Below, piece by piece: positions 1 to 39,350 of a stretch of 64,000 bases of DNA. Source of the DNA: the human T2T-CHM13v2.0 reference genome, Homo sapiens; the NCBI RefSeq assembly GCF_009914755.1, contig NC_060941.1. One strand, 5' to 3'. A program made the translations under genes and the position numbers. The notes under the pieces are model-generated. The model had not been told where the DNA came from and did not search any database. It saw only the letters and a program-made list of their open reading frames with translations. Positions within the stretch are counted from its first letter, which is position 1. Each line of letters opens with the position of its first letter.

Positions 1-458
1 CAGGCTAATCTTAAACTCCTGACCTCAGGTGATCCGCCCACCTCGGCCTTCCAACTAAAAACCATTTCCTAAGAAGATTTTGGGCCTGCCAATGGGCACA
101 AGCTAGACACACTTTTGCAAAGAGATAGGATACCCTTCTGTTCAGGTATGAATCTTTATCAGACTCCTCAATGTTCACTACTAAATGTTTAAGACATATG
201 GGTCATATATAACTGACAATAAAACAGCAGTAATCCTGGTATTTGTCAGAATACAATCTTTTTTTTTTTATTTCCTTTTAAAAATTGTATTCAGTTCTCT
301 TGCTTTTTCTTCTTCCTTTTATCTTTGCTTTTCTATTCTTGTTTATCTTATTTTTCATCTCAAGTGGAACTGGCTCAAAGAATACAATCTTCAACCCACT
401 CCCATTCCCATATCTCTCAAAAGACCAATTTAAAGAAATAGTATTTACAGACTGGGAT

Positions 459-992
459 TCTGCAGAAGAAGGGTTAATATAGCAGGCCTAACTTCTTATC
501 CTTTAAAAAGTCTGCTTACGTGGTTAGCCACTGGCTGGCATTGGGGAACTTGGATTTTGAGAGATTTCCCATTTTCCTAAAAATGACAAGAGTGGCTTAT
601 TATGCCTAAACTATTTGTACAAACAGTATGGTTTATGCTGAACACCTGCTTTCCTTCTGGGAGTCCAGTTTTGATACATGCCAGGCACAGGCTGCCTACA
701 TGACCATCCTGGGTATGGAGTTTCTAATGAGCTTTCCTGGTTGATAACATTTCACACATGCTACCACAACTTCTTGCTTTGAGTCCTGTGTCACTCTACT
801 GGGGAGGATCCTTGGAAGTTTGCTCCTGGTTTCCCCCAGACTTCACCCCATGTGCTGTTTCCCTTTGCTGGTTTTTCTTTGTATTCTTCTGTTGAAATAA
901 ATCCTAGCCATGAATGTGACTATATGCTGAGTGCTGTGAGTCCTCCTAGTGAATTACTGAACCTGAGGGTGTTCTTGGGAACCTCCAATACA
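459..992 (+). mobile_element. Solo LTR, MER21/MER39-like group
   Basis: Begins t(c)TGCAGAAGAAGGGTTAATATAGCAGG and ends ...GGGAACCTCCAATACA, has an internal AATAAA, and is flanked by a 5-bp direct repeat GGGAT (454-458, 993-997). Subfamily recalled from memory. Confidence 0.7.
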
Positions 993-1265
993 GGGATACC
1001 TGAAGGAAATTATTTTAAATGTTCTAAATCTATTCCTGGATTAAGGCTGGCCAATGGATGGCTACAGGCCTAGGTCTTACTCTATTTGCCTCCAATAAAA
1101 TTATTTTTACTGAACTGTACTTGAATAGCCTTTATTTTATATCAAAAGCTCTAAGAAACTTGTCACTGTTTTCAATAAGAATGTTCTAAAAATGCTTTTA
1201 TTACTGTGTTCACTAAATGAGAAGAGGCAGAGGAAATGTCATTCTGGATTAAGAATCAGGGATAG

Positions 1266-6071
<4,806 letters not shown>

Positions 6072-6539
6072 GGGAAATAGACACAGGGATGGAGAGAGAT
6101 AGAGATGAGACTGGTATTTTTCTTTATAGCCCCCTACACAATTATTTTAATAACTGCACACAGGTATTTTCTTTGATAAAATCTTACTAATAAATTTCAT
6201 CTGAGCTGGTTTAGAGTAGCTCTACCTAGTGATTAGCAGTAAATGGTATACAAATTATGAAGGACTTTTCTATTTTCAGATTGAATCATGTACAGATGAA
6301 CTTGCCCAGGCTGGTCTCAAACTCCTGAACTCAAGCAATCCTCCTGCATCAGCCTCCCAAAGTGCTAGGATTACACCATGCCCGGTTATCTGTATGACAT
6401 TAACATCATCACTCTGCTCCCTTCAAATTTCCTTAAAATGCAAATGTAAATGTCCTTAAAATGTAAATTCTAATGGAAGGGGAGGGCAGATGGATATCAT
6501 TCGAAAGATATATCCACACTTATCAAAAATTAAGAAATA

Positions 6540-6757
6540 CATATGTATGTGTATATTATATATTATGCATATATGTATATATTATATATGTACACAGTGT
6601 ATTAATATGTATACATATATAATTTTATGTGTATATATTATGTATACATATTGATACATTATATATTTATGTATATATGTACATATATTATATATGTACA
6701 TATATACATATAATGTACATAATTATATGTATATACATATAATGTACATAATTATAT
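6540..6757. repeat. Degenerate (TA/TATG)n low-complexity tract
   Basis: Almost pure alternating purine-pyrimidine AT-rich sequence. Confidence 0.9.
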
Positions 6758-6758
6758 G

Positions 6759-6878
6759 GCCCGGGACGGCTGCTCCGACGAAGGCCCGGGCCTGGGGAGA
6801 TGGAATCGGTGGCAGAGCGAGGAGTGACTGGCTCCGGCAGTGCACCAGGCACCCCGCCAGGCAGGTACCTGTTCCTGG
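6759..6878 (-). repeat. Dispersed 120-bp duplicate of the STRADA exon1/intron1 junction (source 8546-8665)
   Basis: Ungapped manual alignment 112/120 identical, same orientation, offset 1787 bp. Confidence 0.97.
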
Positions 6879-6962
6879 TTTCAAACTCCGGAGCTCAAGC
6901 AATCCTACTGCCTCAGTCTCTCAAAGTGCTGGGATTACAGAGGTGGGCCACGGTACCCAGCC
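6875..6962 (-). mobile_element. Alu/FLAM left-arm 5' fragment fused to the duplicate
   Basis: Reverse complement reads GGCTGGGTACCGTGGCCCACCTCTGTAATCCCAGCACTTTGAGAGACTGAGGC...GAGTTTGAAACCAG. Confidence 0.9.
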
Positions 6963-6978
6963 TATCAGAAACATTTAA

Positions 6979-6981
<3 letters not shown>

Positions 6982-7025
<44 letters not shown>

Positions 7026-7049
7026 TACATACATATATATATACACATA

Positions 7050-7099
<50 letters not shown>
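6982..7099. repeat. Compound (TA)n-(CATA)n-(CA)n microsatellite
   Basis: TA run from 6982; pure (AC)~20 at 7059-7099. Confidence 0.97.
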
Positions 7100-7100
<1 letters not shown>

Positions 7101-7143
7101 CAAAGCAATATTACTAGTGGACAGACATAGAAATAGCTTTATT

Positions 7144-7660
<517 letters not shown>

Positions 7661-8099
7661 CCAGAGTAAACTTCCTCCATTTCTGGGGCCACAACTATAA
7701 ACACTGCATTCCAGCCAAAACACCTCTAAGAAATCTGATTAAAAAGTAGGGGACAGATTTGACCAGTTCAGCACTGTAACTAAAGGCTGAATTCACAGGC
7801 TTTTGGCAGGTGATCAAATTTGGTTTCTTCCTTAACTCTCAGGGACAAGAAACAGTCCTGGGTGTCTTCAGGAAGGTATGAGTGTCAATGAAGAATTGTC
7901 TTAACGTCGCATATACGTATTGGAACATGCTTCTACTTGAACAGATATTACAATAAGAAAAGGGCAAATTCCAACGGCTCTTTCTCCGGGAAAGTCAAGT
8001 TAAAGTATGTTAGGATACAGGAGAAGGCTGGGCAGAGAGGTTAGTTCCCTATTTCCTGAGAACTATGAACAATTTTACCTACCCACTGCCCCTCCCTCG

Positions 8100-8980
8100 A
8101 GCTCTCTTCCTTATCCCCAACCCCCATCTCCGGCGCCCAAATCCCCTGCAGGCACCCAAAAAACATTTCTGGAAAACAAAAAGACAATGAGCTCTTCGTT
8201 TAGGCCGATTCTGGGAGTCATCTGGATCTTGTGTCCTTACGAGGACTTGACCCGCTGCCTGTCAGCCCAAAGTGCGCGGCGGCTGGGGACAGCGGGGAGC
8301 CCAGGACCGGGGTCGGCCGCCACTCTGCCTGAACAGGACAAACCGGCACCCAGCCCTAGGTTCCCCACCTGGAAGTCCTAGGGGGTGGGGAGGAAGGGGA
8401 AAGCAGGAGCCCGCCTCTCTCGCCCGGCAACTCCGCTTCAGCGTCTCCCCGCCAGGCCCAAGCCTATTCTGCTCTCGGGCTGCGGCGCCTCATTGCGGGA
8501 GTCGAGGACGCGGGTTAAAAAGGGGGCCCGTGGAGGGTGAGGTGAGCCCAGGATGGCCGCTCCGACGAAGGCCCGGGCCTGGGGAGATGGAATCGGTGGC
8601 AGAGCCAGGAGGGACTGGCCCCGGCAGCGTACCAGGCACCCCGCCAGGCAGGTACCTGTTCCTGGAGTTAGCAAGCAGCCCCGACCGTCTTGGCTCCGCC
8701 TCCTCAGTTTTACTGCCGCGCCGCCGCCAGACCGGTTGCTGGGAGGGGAGTACGCAACGTGCCATGCGCAGTGGGGAGACCGGGAGGACTGATAGAGCGC
8801 TCCGCCCCACCCCGCCCTGCGGGGAAGTCCCGCCCTTTCCGAGTGGCCGCGGCTGCGGCAGGCCCTAGCAGCCGCCGCCGCGCCGAGAGCGGTTCTCAGT
8901 TCCCGTTGTCTTTCCCGCCGCGCAGCGCTTCCGCCTACAGCCTCCGCCCCCGCAGCAGGAGGGGGAAGCAGGTGGCTTCA
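8100..8980. promoter_or_regulatory. STRADA: CpG island / STRADA promoter (NRF1-like CATGCGCA 8763-8770, GC box TCCGCCCC 8801-8808)
   Basis: High GC and CpG density relative to the flanks; motifs read directly. Confidence 0.85.
8656..8760 (-). other. STRADA: STRADA non-coding exon 1 (TSS approximate); intron 1 runs off the left edge
   Basis: Minus-strand donor AACAG|GTACCT at 8656/8655 within a CpG island; identity from known gene order downstream of CCDC47, not from coding sequence. Confidence 0.75.
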
Positions 8981-9562
8981 ACAATGAAGGACCAGAGAAA
9001 GGCAAACTTGGCTGTTCCTGAGAATTGTGTTTTTCTCATTTCATGTGGTAGGACTTCTAATGGAAAACCCGCCTCGCACTTTTCTTGGACGACATCTCAA
9101 ATGCCCCTCACTTTGGCCTCTCGGGCACCAGACAACAAGCTGCAAAGGGGAAGCCCATCCTTTCTTTGCTCCCCACTATTTGTAAAACAAGGAAAATAGC
9201 TCAACTAATGAAAACGATCTTGTCCCCTCAGTATCTTTTTTTTTCCCCCGAAGCCTTCCTCATCCACAGCTGAAGCCGTTTGTGGAAACCTATCAGGTTT
9301 GTCCAAGCCAGGTTATGCAGAGCTTGAGAAATGAGGAAGCGATGAACTAAGCCTCACTCCTGTGAGACTAGGTTTTTCAGTGACTTATCCCCCGCGTGCG
9401 CAGGAGGGGGTATCCAAAACGCGGATATATACCATCAGGTAATGAACACTCGCTCTTGCCAGCTCTGAGCTTTGACACAGATTTAGACCGTCCTAACTTC
9501 CAAGACTGGGGGAGAAGTTTAGCTACATCCAAGTAGGGACTTATAGAAATATGCCCCTGGAA

Positions 9563-9873
<311 letters not shown>

Positions 9874-9945
9874 GAAATATGCCCCTGAAACTGTGGGACC
9901 TGTATGCACATGAGTTCTCATTTGATCTTACATACATCACTTTGA

Positions 9946-11425
<1,480 letters not shown>

Positions 11426-12186
11426 TTACAGGAAAAGGTTTGCTATTACTAAGGAAACAGAATCATAAGCTACTCCCCTCTTCCTCAAAAAATACCCTAT
11501 CAATTTTTGCAGATAAAGAACTCTGAAAGGATCTGCTTGGTTTCCATTGGGAGAAAGAAAAGCAAAAGAGAGTAAAGCAAGAATGCATCACTTGGAGACC
11601 AGTCCTAGATGATGCCTTATACTTGCAAAGTGCTTAAACAGTTTACAAAACAATCTCACATATATATTTTCTCTTAGTGTTCAACTACCTGTGAAGCAGG
11701 CAGGGCAAATAATTACTATCCTCACTTCACATTAGGTTAATAACTTGCCGAAAGTCAAAGGATTAGTAATTAGTTCGGCTGGCACTAAAAGCCAGGTCTT
11801 TGTCTTACAGTCCAGTGCTTATTTTGGCATTGCTAAACATCCAGGCAATGCAAATGAGATTGGAGACTTAGTGGTTTTCCAGTTTGTGACACTAAACAAC
11901 ATCCTCCTCTCTTTGTCCTCGCATTCACAGGAGAGTTAATGGAGTCTTAACTCAAGAGGAGGAATGCAGGGAGGAGCCCATAAATAACATATGGGGCTCT
12001 AAAAATATAAAATGTTTTTAAAATGATTGAATGGTAATAACAAAAGGAATATTCAGATGAACTCTTTTGAAGGAAAAGCATTTCAGTGCTGACTTTTATC
12101 GAACAGAAAGAATTTTCCTCTGAGCTTATACTCTTGTAGGATAACTCCACAAAGTCAAGGCGGCACTCTGAGATTTTGTCAATCAC

Positions 12187-12192
12187 TTTAAT
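12187..12192 (-). terminator. CCDC47: Distal poly(A) signal ATTAAA of CCDC47
   Basis: tttaat on the plus strand at the end of the repeat-free 3'UTR-like block. Confidence 0.55.
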
Positions 12193-13337
12193 AGATGTCC
12201 ATAGGTAGTTCATATGAATGCTTAAGTTACAAAATTAGCTGCCATGGTCCAAATGTATGGGACTTTAGGAAAGCTTTTCTTACTCAAAAGATAACTAAGA
12301 CTATCAACTTTGATTTCTAAAATGTAATTTAAAGGTTTGTAAAACAAGGCCACTACTATAATTATATAATATTAAAGTAATTAAGTTTTATGTTAGTTAT
12401 TTTAATAACAACTTCATGAACTGTTAAAAATATTACATTTGCATCTCTCAGTTTACATATTTCTGTATTAACTTGGAGAAAAACCCATGTGAAAAGTTTC
12501 CATGCAGTTACAAAGGCAGCAGCACATGCTGTTTTCACAGCAACTTGTTATTGCCTCAGAACAGGCCTGCACTAAAGCATCAACAAAAAATACCCACCAC
12601 CCCACTCCCACCAGAAAACCCAACCCTTACCCATCCCCGGCAAAAATTACCTGGTACAAGCAATGACCTAAAAATGCTTTCTTGGTAAGAAGCATTTATA
12701 AAATGCAGAGATCTGAACAAGCTAAGTGCTCGTGCAGATACATGGGCCTCTCCTCCAAGAGTTGGTTCCGCAAGAGGTGGAAAGAACTCTCAATAGTTTA
12801 GGAAAGCTCATTTTCAAAAGTATACTTACACATATTCATGGCCATTTCTTTGAAAGAACATACCCAGCCTCAACTGTGGAAAAGATAAAAGCAGAGGGAG
12901 AAGCAACGGCACACAGCCATAATATAGAGAACAGAGCTTCTCCATGAACATCCACCAGGCTGCAGCAACCAAGAAGGAAAAAACATTTGTGATTTCACAC
13001 AGACCAATGATCTTACCTAGGTGAAGCATTAATTTTTCATGCATTTGTTACTCAAGAAAATAAACATACAACCACTTAAAATACAGCATTCACGTTGTCA
13101 CTGGTTCGTGGTATCAGGTAAGGAAAAAATGATGCTCCTGTCCCTAGAATTTTCCATGTACATGTCAGTATCCTAATGCCTACAGACTTCCTATTAATTT
13201 TGTTATCAGCATCTCCCACCTAAAAACATACACTACATTATGTTCTGGGTCCCTGAAATTTCATTACTACATACAGTGTTCTAATTTTTACTTTTTCTCA
13301 AGTTTAATGTAGACATACAAGAAAACATCAAGCAATG

Positions 13338-13343
13338 TTTATT
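13338..13343 (-). terminator. CCDC47: Proximal poly(A) signal AATAAA of CCDC47
   Basis: Followed on the minus strand by GU/U-rich TGATGTTTTCTTGTATGT. Confidence 0.6.
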
Positions 13344-13799
13344 GTGCAATTCCAATCATTATTTGCAGAATCTTGGTTTAGAGTCAGTCTTTATAGCCAT
13401 TTCAACTGCTTGGTTTAAACAAAAAGCAACAATCTGGTTATCTACCTATAAATTTCATGGTATTTCTTTAAACACTGAAGTACTAAAAGCACTGATGATT
13501 TGTATTATAATTTTTAAAATATTTAAAACCTACACAGATTTCATAGATCATTCCTTTTATAAAATAATCAAAATAATTTGATTATCTGGAAAAAAAAATT
13601 CTTGAAACAGAGCCCTTTCCAGGTATCTTCAATCTCTGTAAAACCCCAAACCCCAAACAGAGTAGATGATGAAATAAGGATTTCTCAGTTGCCCAAGACT
13701 GTCTGAAATTTAAGGTTGAGAAATGGACTGGCGTTTTTCATGTTTCCTGTGAATTCAGAGCTTACAGGTGGCATCAGAACTCAAATCTCTGGGATGGCT

Positions 13800-33615
<19,816 letters not shown>

Positions 33616-33849
33616 AAGTCATTTAATTTCTTTAGGTTGGGTTTTCTAAAACTCTGTCCATTTACATAGAGTATTCAATAAGCATTTTTTGAGGGCCTAT
33701 TAAAAAGCTTTCTATAGAAAATGAGAAGGAGGTAAAAATGAAGGAATAAGATGTAGCTATTTATCTGTTAGTGGTAACAAGAATAATCCATGAATAAAAA
33801 AGCCATTCACCCTTAGATTGATTTGTGTTCATGCATGAACATAATTATC

Positions 33850-34085
33850 ATAAGAGCAAACACTTAAATCACTATGTGCTAGACACTGTTCCAAAGACTT
33901 TACAAAAAGCAACTAATTTAATCCTCATAACAACCCTCTAAGGAAAGCTGCAACATTAACATCCCCATTTCACTAATAAGGAAAATGGGGCAGAGAGATG
34001 CTAAGTAGTACAACTACCAAGTGACAAAGAGCTGTGATTTAATCCCAGAGTTTTGCCTCCAGAGTCCATGCTATGAACCACTTCT
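33850..34085 (-). mobile_element. MIR
   Basis: actatgtgctagacactgttc...aatcctcataacaaccct...ccccatttcac...gaaaatggggcagagag. Confidence 0.7.
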
Positions 34086-35822
34086 CAGGCTGCATCTCAA
34101 ATGTGGTAGGTGGCTGTGCTTTCATATTACTTGCTTAGAAGCAGTAATTTTTTGCTAACCAATTGTTCTTAGTGTGTATGATGGAATTCAATGTATCATC
34201 ATTTTATAGCTTTTTGAAGAACATTAAGTTTTCTAATACGTGAAAAAAGCTTCTGCATTAACAAATATAATGATATCATATCTGTGACAAAATATGTGCC
34301 AAATTATATGAAAACATGGACAACAATGTAACCATTTTCCCAAATAGGTAAGGCTTTACAAAAAAAAAAGTGGGGAGACCATTTGAGCTGAAATTTGAAA
34401 AGTATATTTCAACCATCAAACCCATTTAGGCTGTATTTCCAGTCCTGTCCCTCATCTAAACACCAGCCCTATGTCATAACTCACTGTAACCTTGAAGACA
34501 TATCTGTTTTGACGCCCTACAAACTTTTCGTGTATCTAGTAAGATAGTAAATATTCTAGGCTTCATGGGGTACATACTGGTCTCTGCTGCATATTGTTCT
34601 TTTTTTAAAAAAAACTTTAAAACAATATAAAGACCATTCTTACTTCACAGGCCTCCCCTCAGGCTGACCCAATCCCTGCCTATAGTCATCTCAAAATCAT
34701 CAGGTATCTGAATTTCTCTATTCGTATATTAATATCAATCACATTTTTCCAGTCTTGCTTGTTGAAAAGAACAAGATATCTAATGTTTTGCCTTCTTTTT
34801 CCTTTGAAATCTATCAGCCATCAAATCCTGGTGTTTCCTTCTTTGATTCCTATAGCCACTACAAGTTACCCCCACCTGCTGAAGAGCCACCATATTATTT
34901 TAAATGGTATCGTCTTAATGCTCTCCCCACTCCCTACTTTTCCTCCCTAAAAACCACCAGCATCTGTCTAAAACAGAACTTTTGTTACATATAAGGATTC
35001 AATAATCATCAAAGGCTAACCAATTATTGCAAAGTAATATAAAAACTCCTTTGGCATTCACTGCTTTTCACAATGATCCTACTGTAATTAAATGTACCTT
35101 CACTAAGCATATCGCCACAGTAGGTACTATGCCAAGATAAAGCACAATTCCTGAACTGAACATAAATTTGCACAGGAATTCAGCTTCAAGGACATGTGCT
35201 ACAATATTATTTATGATGGTGAAATTTGGTTAAACTCTTTGGTTAAACTATGGATGTATCAAAAACCAAAGCTACTGTTGTCCATTAAAAATTGTTACAT
35301 AGGGTGGTGGCTCTCCCCTGTAATCCCAGCACTGTGGGAGACTGGGGTGAGTGAACTGCTCGAGCCCAAGAGTTGGAGACCAGCCTTGGCAACATGGCGA
35401 AAACCCACCTCTACAAACAAAATAGAAAAATTAGCTGGGTTTGGTGGCATGTGCCTGTAGTCCCAGCTACTCAGGGCACTGAGGTGAGAAAATTGCTTGA
35501 GCTCACGAGGCCGGCCGAGGCTGCAGTGAACTGTGATCATGCTAATGCATTCCAGCCTGGGTGACAGTGAAACGTGCCTCAAAACAAAACACAAATAACA
35601 AAAGAAAAACCCCCAAGTAATTAAAAAAAAATTGTTACACAGCCTGGGCAACACAGTGAGACTTCCCCTCTACAAAAAAGCTTTTAAAAATTAGCCAAGT
35701 CTCACGCTCATTCCTGTAATCCCAGCAGTTTGGGAGGCCAAGGTAGGCAGATCACTTGAGGTCAGGAGTTTGAGACCAGCCTGGCCAACATGGTAAAATC
35801 CTGTCTCTACTAAAAATATTTA

Positions 35823-36026
<204 letters not shown>

Positions 36027-36504
36027 CTATTCTGGTGGCTGAGGTGGGAGAATCACCTGAGCCCAGGAGGTTGAGGCTTCAGTGAGCCATGACTGCGCCA
36101 CTGCACTACAGCCTGGGCAACAGAGCAAGGCTGTCTAAAAGAAAAAAAAAAAAACAAAATGTTACAAATGAAGTCGAAACCCAGATCATTTTAGAAGCAA
36201 ATGCACATAAAGAAAAAGGTTTGGCTGTGTGCGATGGCTCACACCTGTAATCCCAGCACTTTGGGAGGCTGAGGTGGGCAGATCACCTGAGGTCAGGAGT
36301 TTGAGGCCAGCCTGACCAACATGGTGAAACCTCGTCTCTGCTAAAAATACAAAAATTAGCCGGGCATGGTGACAGGCGCCTGTAATCCCAGCTACTTGGG
36401 AGGCTGAGGCAGGAGGATCGCTTGAATCAGGAGGTGGAGGTTGCAGTGAGCCGAGACAGCGCCATTGCAGTCCAGCCTGGGCAACAAGAGTGAAACTCCA
36501 TCTC

Positions 36505-36540
<36 letters not shown>

Positions 36541-36558
36541 GAAAACAAAAAAGTTTAA

Positions 36559-36769
36559 CAGGGATGTCAAATTTTTTGGTTTCCCTGAGGCACAACGGAA
36601 GAAGAATAATTGTCTTGGGCCACACATAAAATACATTAACACTACTGATAGCCAATAAGCTAAAAAATATCTCATAATGTTTTAAGAAAGTTTACGAATT
36701 TGTGTTAGGCCACATTCAAAGCTGTCCTGGGTCACATGCGGCCTGCAGGCCATGGGTTGGACAAGCTTG
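36559..36769 (+). mobile_element. MER30 (hAT-Charlie non-autonomous DNA transposon)
   Basis: CAGGGATGTCAAAT...GAAGAATAATTGTCTTGGGCCACACATAAAATAC...GGTTGGACAAGCTTG. Confidence 0.85.
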
Positions 36770-37541
36770 GTTTAGAAAAACATACATTTACATACAAATA
36801 TTAGTTAGCTTGTATGGTAGAATTCTGGATATTTTGTCTTTATTTTTCTTTCTTTTTTTTTTTTTTTTGAGGCAGAGTCTCACTCTGTAGCCCAGGTTGG
36901 AGTGTAGTGGCGTGATCTCGGGTCACTGCAACCTCTGCCTCCTGGGTTCAAGCGATTCTTCTGTCTCAGCCTCCTGAGTAGCTGGGTTATAGGCACTCAC
37001 CATCATGCCTGGCTAATTTTTTTTGTAGTTTAAGTACAGATGGGGTTTCACCATGTTGGCCAGGTTGGTCTCGAACTCCTGACCTCAGGTGATCCACCTG
37101 CCTCGGCCTCCCAAAGTGCTGGGATTACAGGCATTTACAGGCATGAGCCACCGTGCCCGGACTAATTTTTTTTTTTCTGTAGTGTACTTTTGTCACTAGA
37201 GAAGAGGCATTGCAGACTGCGGAACAGGTTTGGCATGGAGGCCTGAAATAGCATATTTTAGGAGCCTGGTATGATAGGACATTGGGTTTGTAGACTCAAG
37301 TGGGAGAAAGGAGGCTGGAAAGGCCCTCAGGGGCCAGGTCATGATGAAATCATTACTGGCAACTGCAGGGAAGTGATAAGGATGGAAGCCATAATGCAAG
37401 CAATTGAGTATTAACGGAAGTGAGAGTATGGCAAAGGGAAATATGTACTACTCTTTCAAGGTGCTCTGAGATGGAGAATATTCTAAATCTCATTTATAGC
37501 ACTGAAACTTCTTAAAGAAATCAGTTTAATATCGAAGGTTA

Positions 37542-37979
<438 letters not shown>

Positions 37980-38040
37980 TCATAAAATTTGAAAGGTACA
38001 AATGATTTTGAGAAATGCCATAAAGGATAGGCCAACGGTA

Positions 38041-38329
38041 CAGTAGGCCCTACCCATGGGTTCCACATCTGTGGATTCAACCAACCACAGATGGAACAGA
38101 TTTGGAGGCAAGAACAGTTAAAAAAAAATACAATTAAATTAGGTATTATAAGTAATCTAGAGATAATTATATAGTGTATATACATATACATATATAAGTA
38201 TATGGTAGGAGGTGCATAGGTTATACGTAAATACTACACCATTTTATATAAGGGACTTGAGTATCCATGGATTTTGGTATTCTCAAGGGGTCCTGGAACC
38301 AATCCCCCATAGATATCAAGGGAGGACTA
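38041..38329. mobile_element. MER2 (Tigger family) DNA transposon
   Basis: TA|CAGTAGGCCCT...ggattcaaccaacc...gggtcctggaaccaatcccccatagatatcaagggag. Confidence 0.8.
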
Positions 38330-38667
38330 AACATTCTTTTTATACTAGTTGATCCTTCAGGTTAGTATCAAGGGACAATCTATGGGAAAGCATGCCACTT
38401 TGTCAATGCCAGCCTCAAAGAGGTATGGGATGTGTCTCTAAACATCCCTAGCTTCCTTTAACCATCTTTAGTTACTAATGAGTGTTTTTAAACTCTGGAA
38501 TGTATATTTTCCACTTCCACTAGGCCTAAGGGTCTTCAGTCCTCTAAATTACTACCTGTTAAAGTTTCTCTTCTAGTTTTTCTAGGCTTTCCCTCTAGTT
38601 CTCATGTTGTGATATTTGGTCAAAAGTGGAAGAAATATAGAAAACAGCACATACTTTGGTGAAATTA

Positions 38668-39350
<683 letters not shown>

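Larger units (their letters stand above)
12150..13799 (-). other. CCDC47: CCDC47 3'UTR (distal end approximate)
   Basis: Repeat-free AT-rich stretch after the TAA stop; minus-strand poly(A) signals AATAAA (13338-13343) and ATTAAA (12187-12192). Confidence 0.8.

Noticed and set aside
6540-7099. Repeat-spacer or CRISPR-like array
   Set aside because: Simple microsatellites with no constant repeat and unique spacers; eukaryotic context.
8007-9199. Long overlapping ORFs (198, 169, 124 aa) over the STRADA CpG island
   Set aside because: Stop-poor GC-rich DNA, mostly non-ATG starts, Arg/Pro/Gly-biased, no recognisable domain.
9385-9440. Small stem-loops suggesting a tRNA/ncRNA
   Set aside because: Stems of 5-6 bp only, no cloverleaf or A/B boxes; more likely an NRF1-like site in the island shore.
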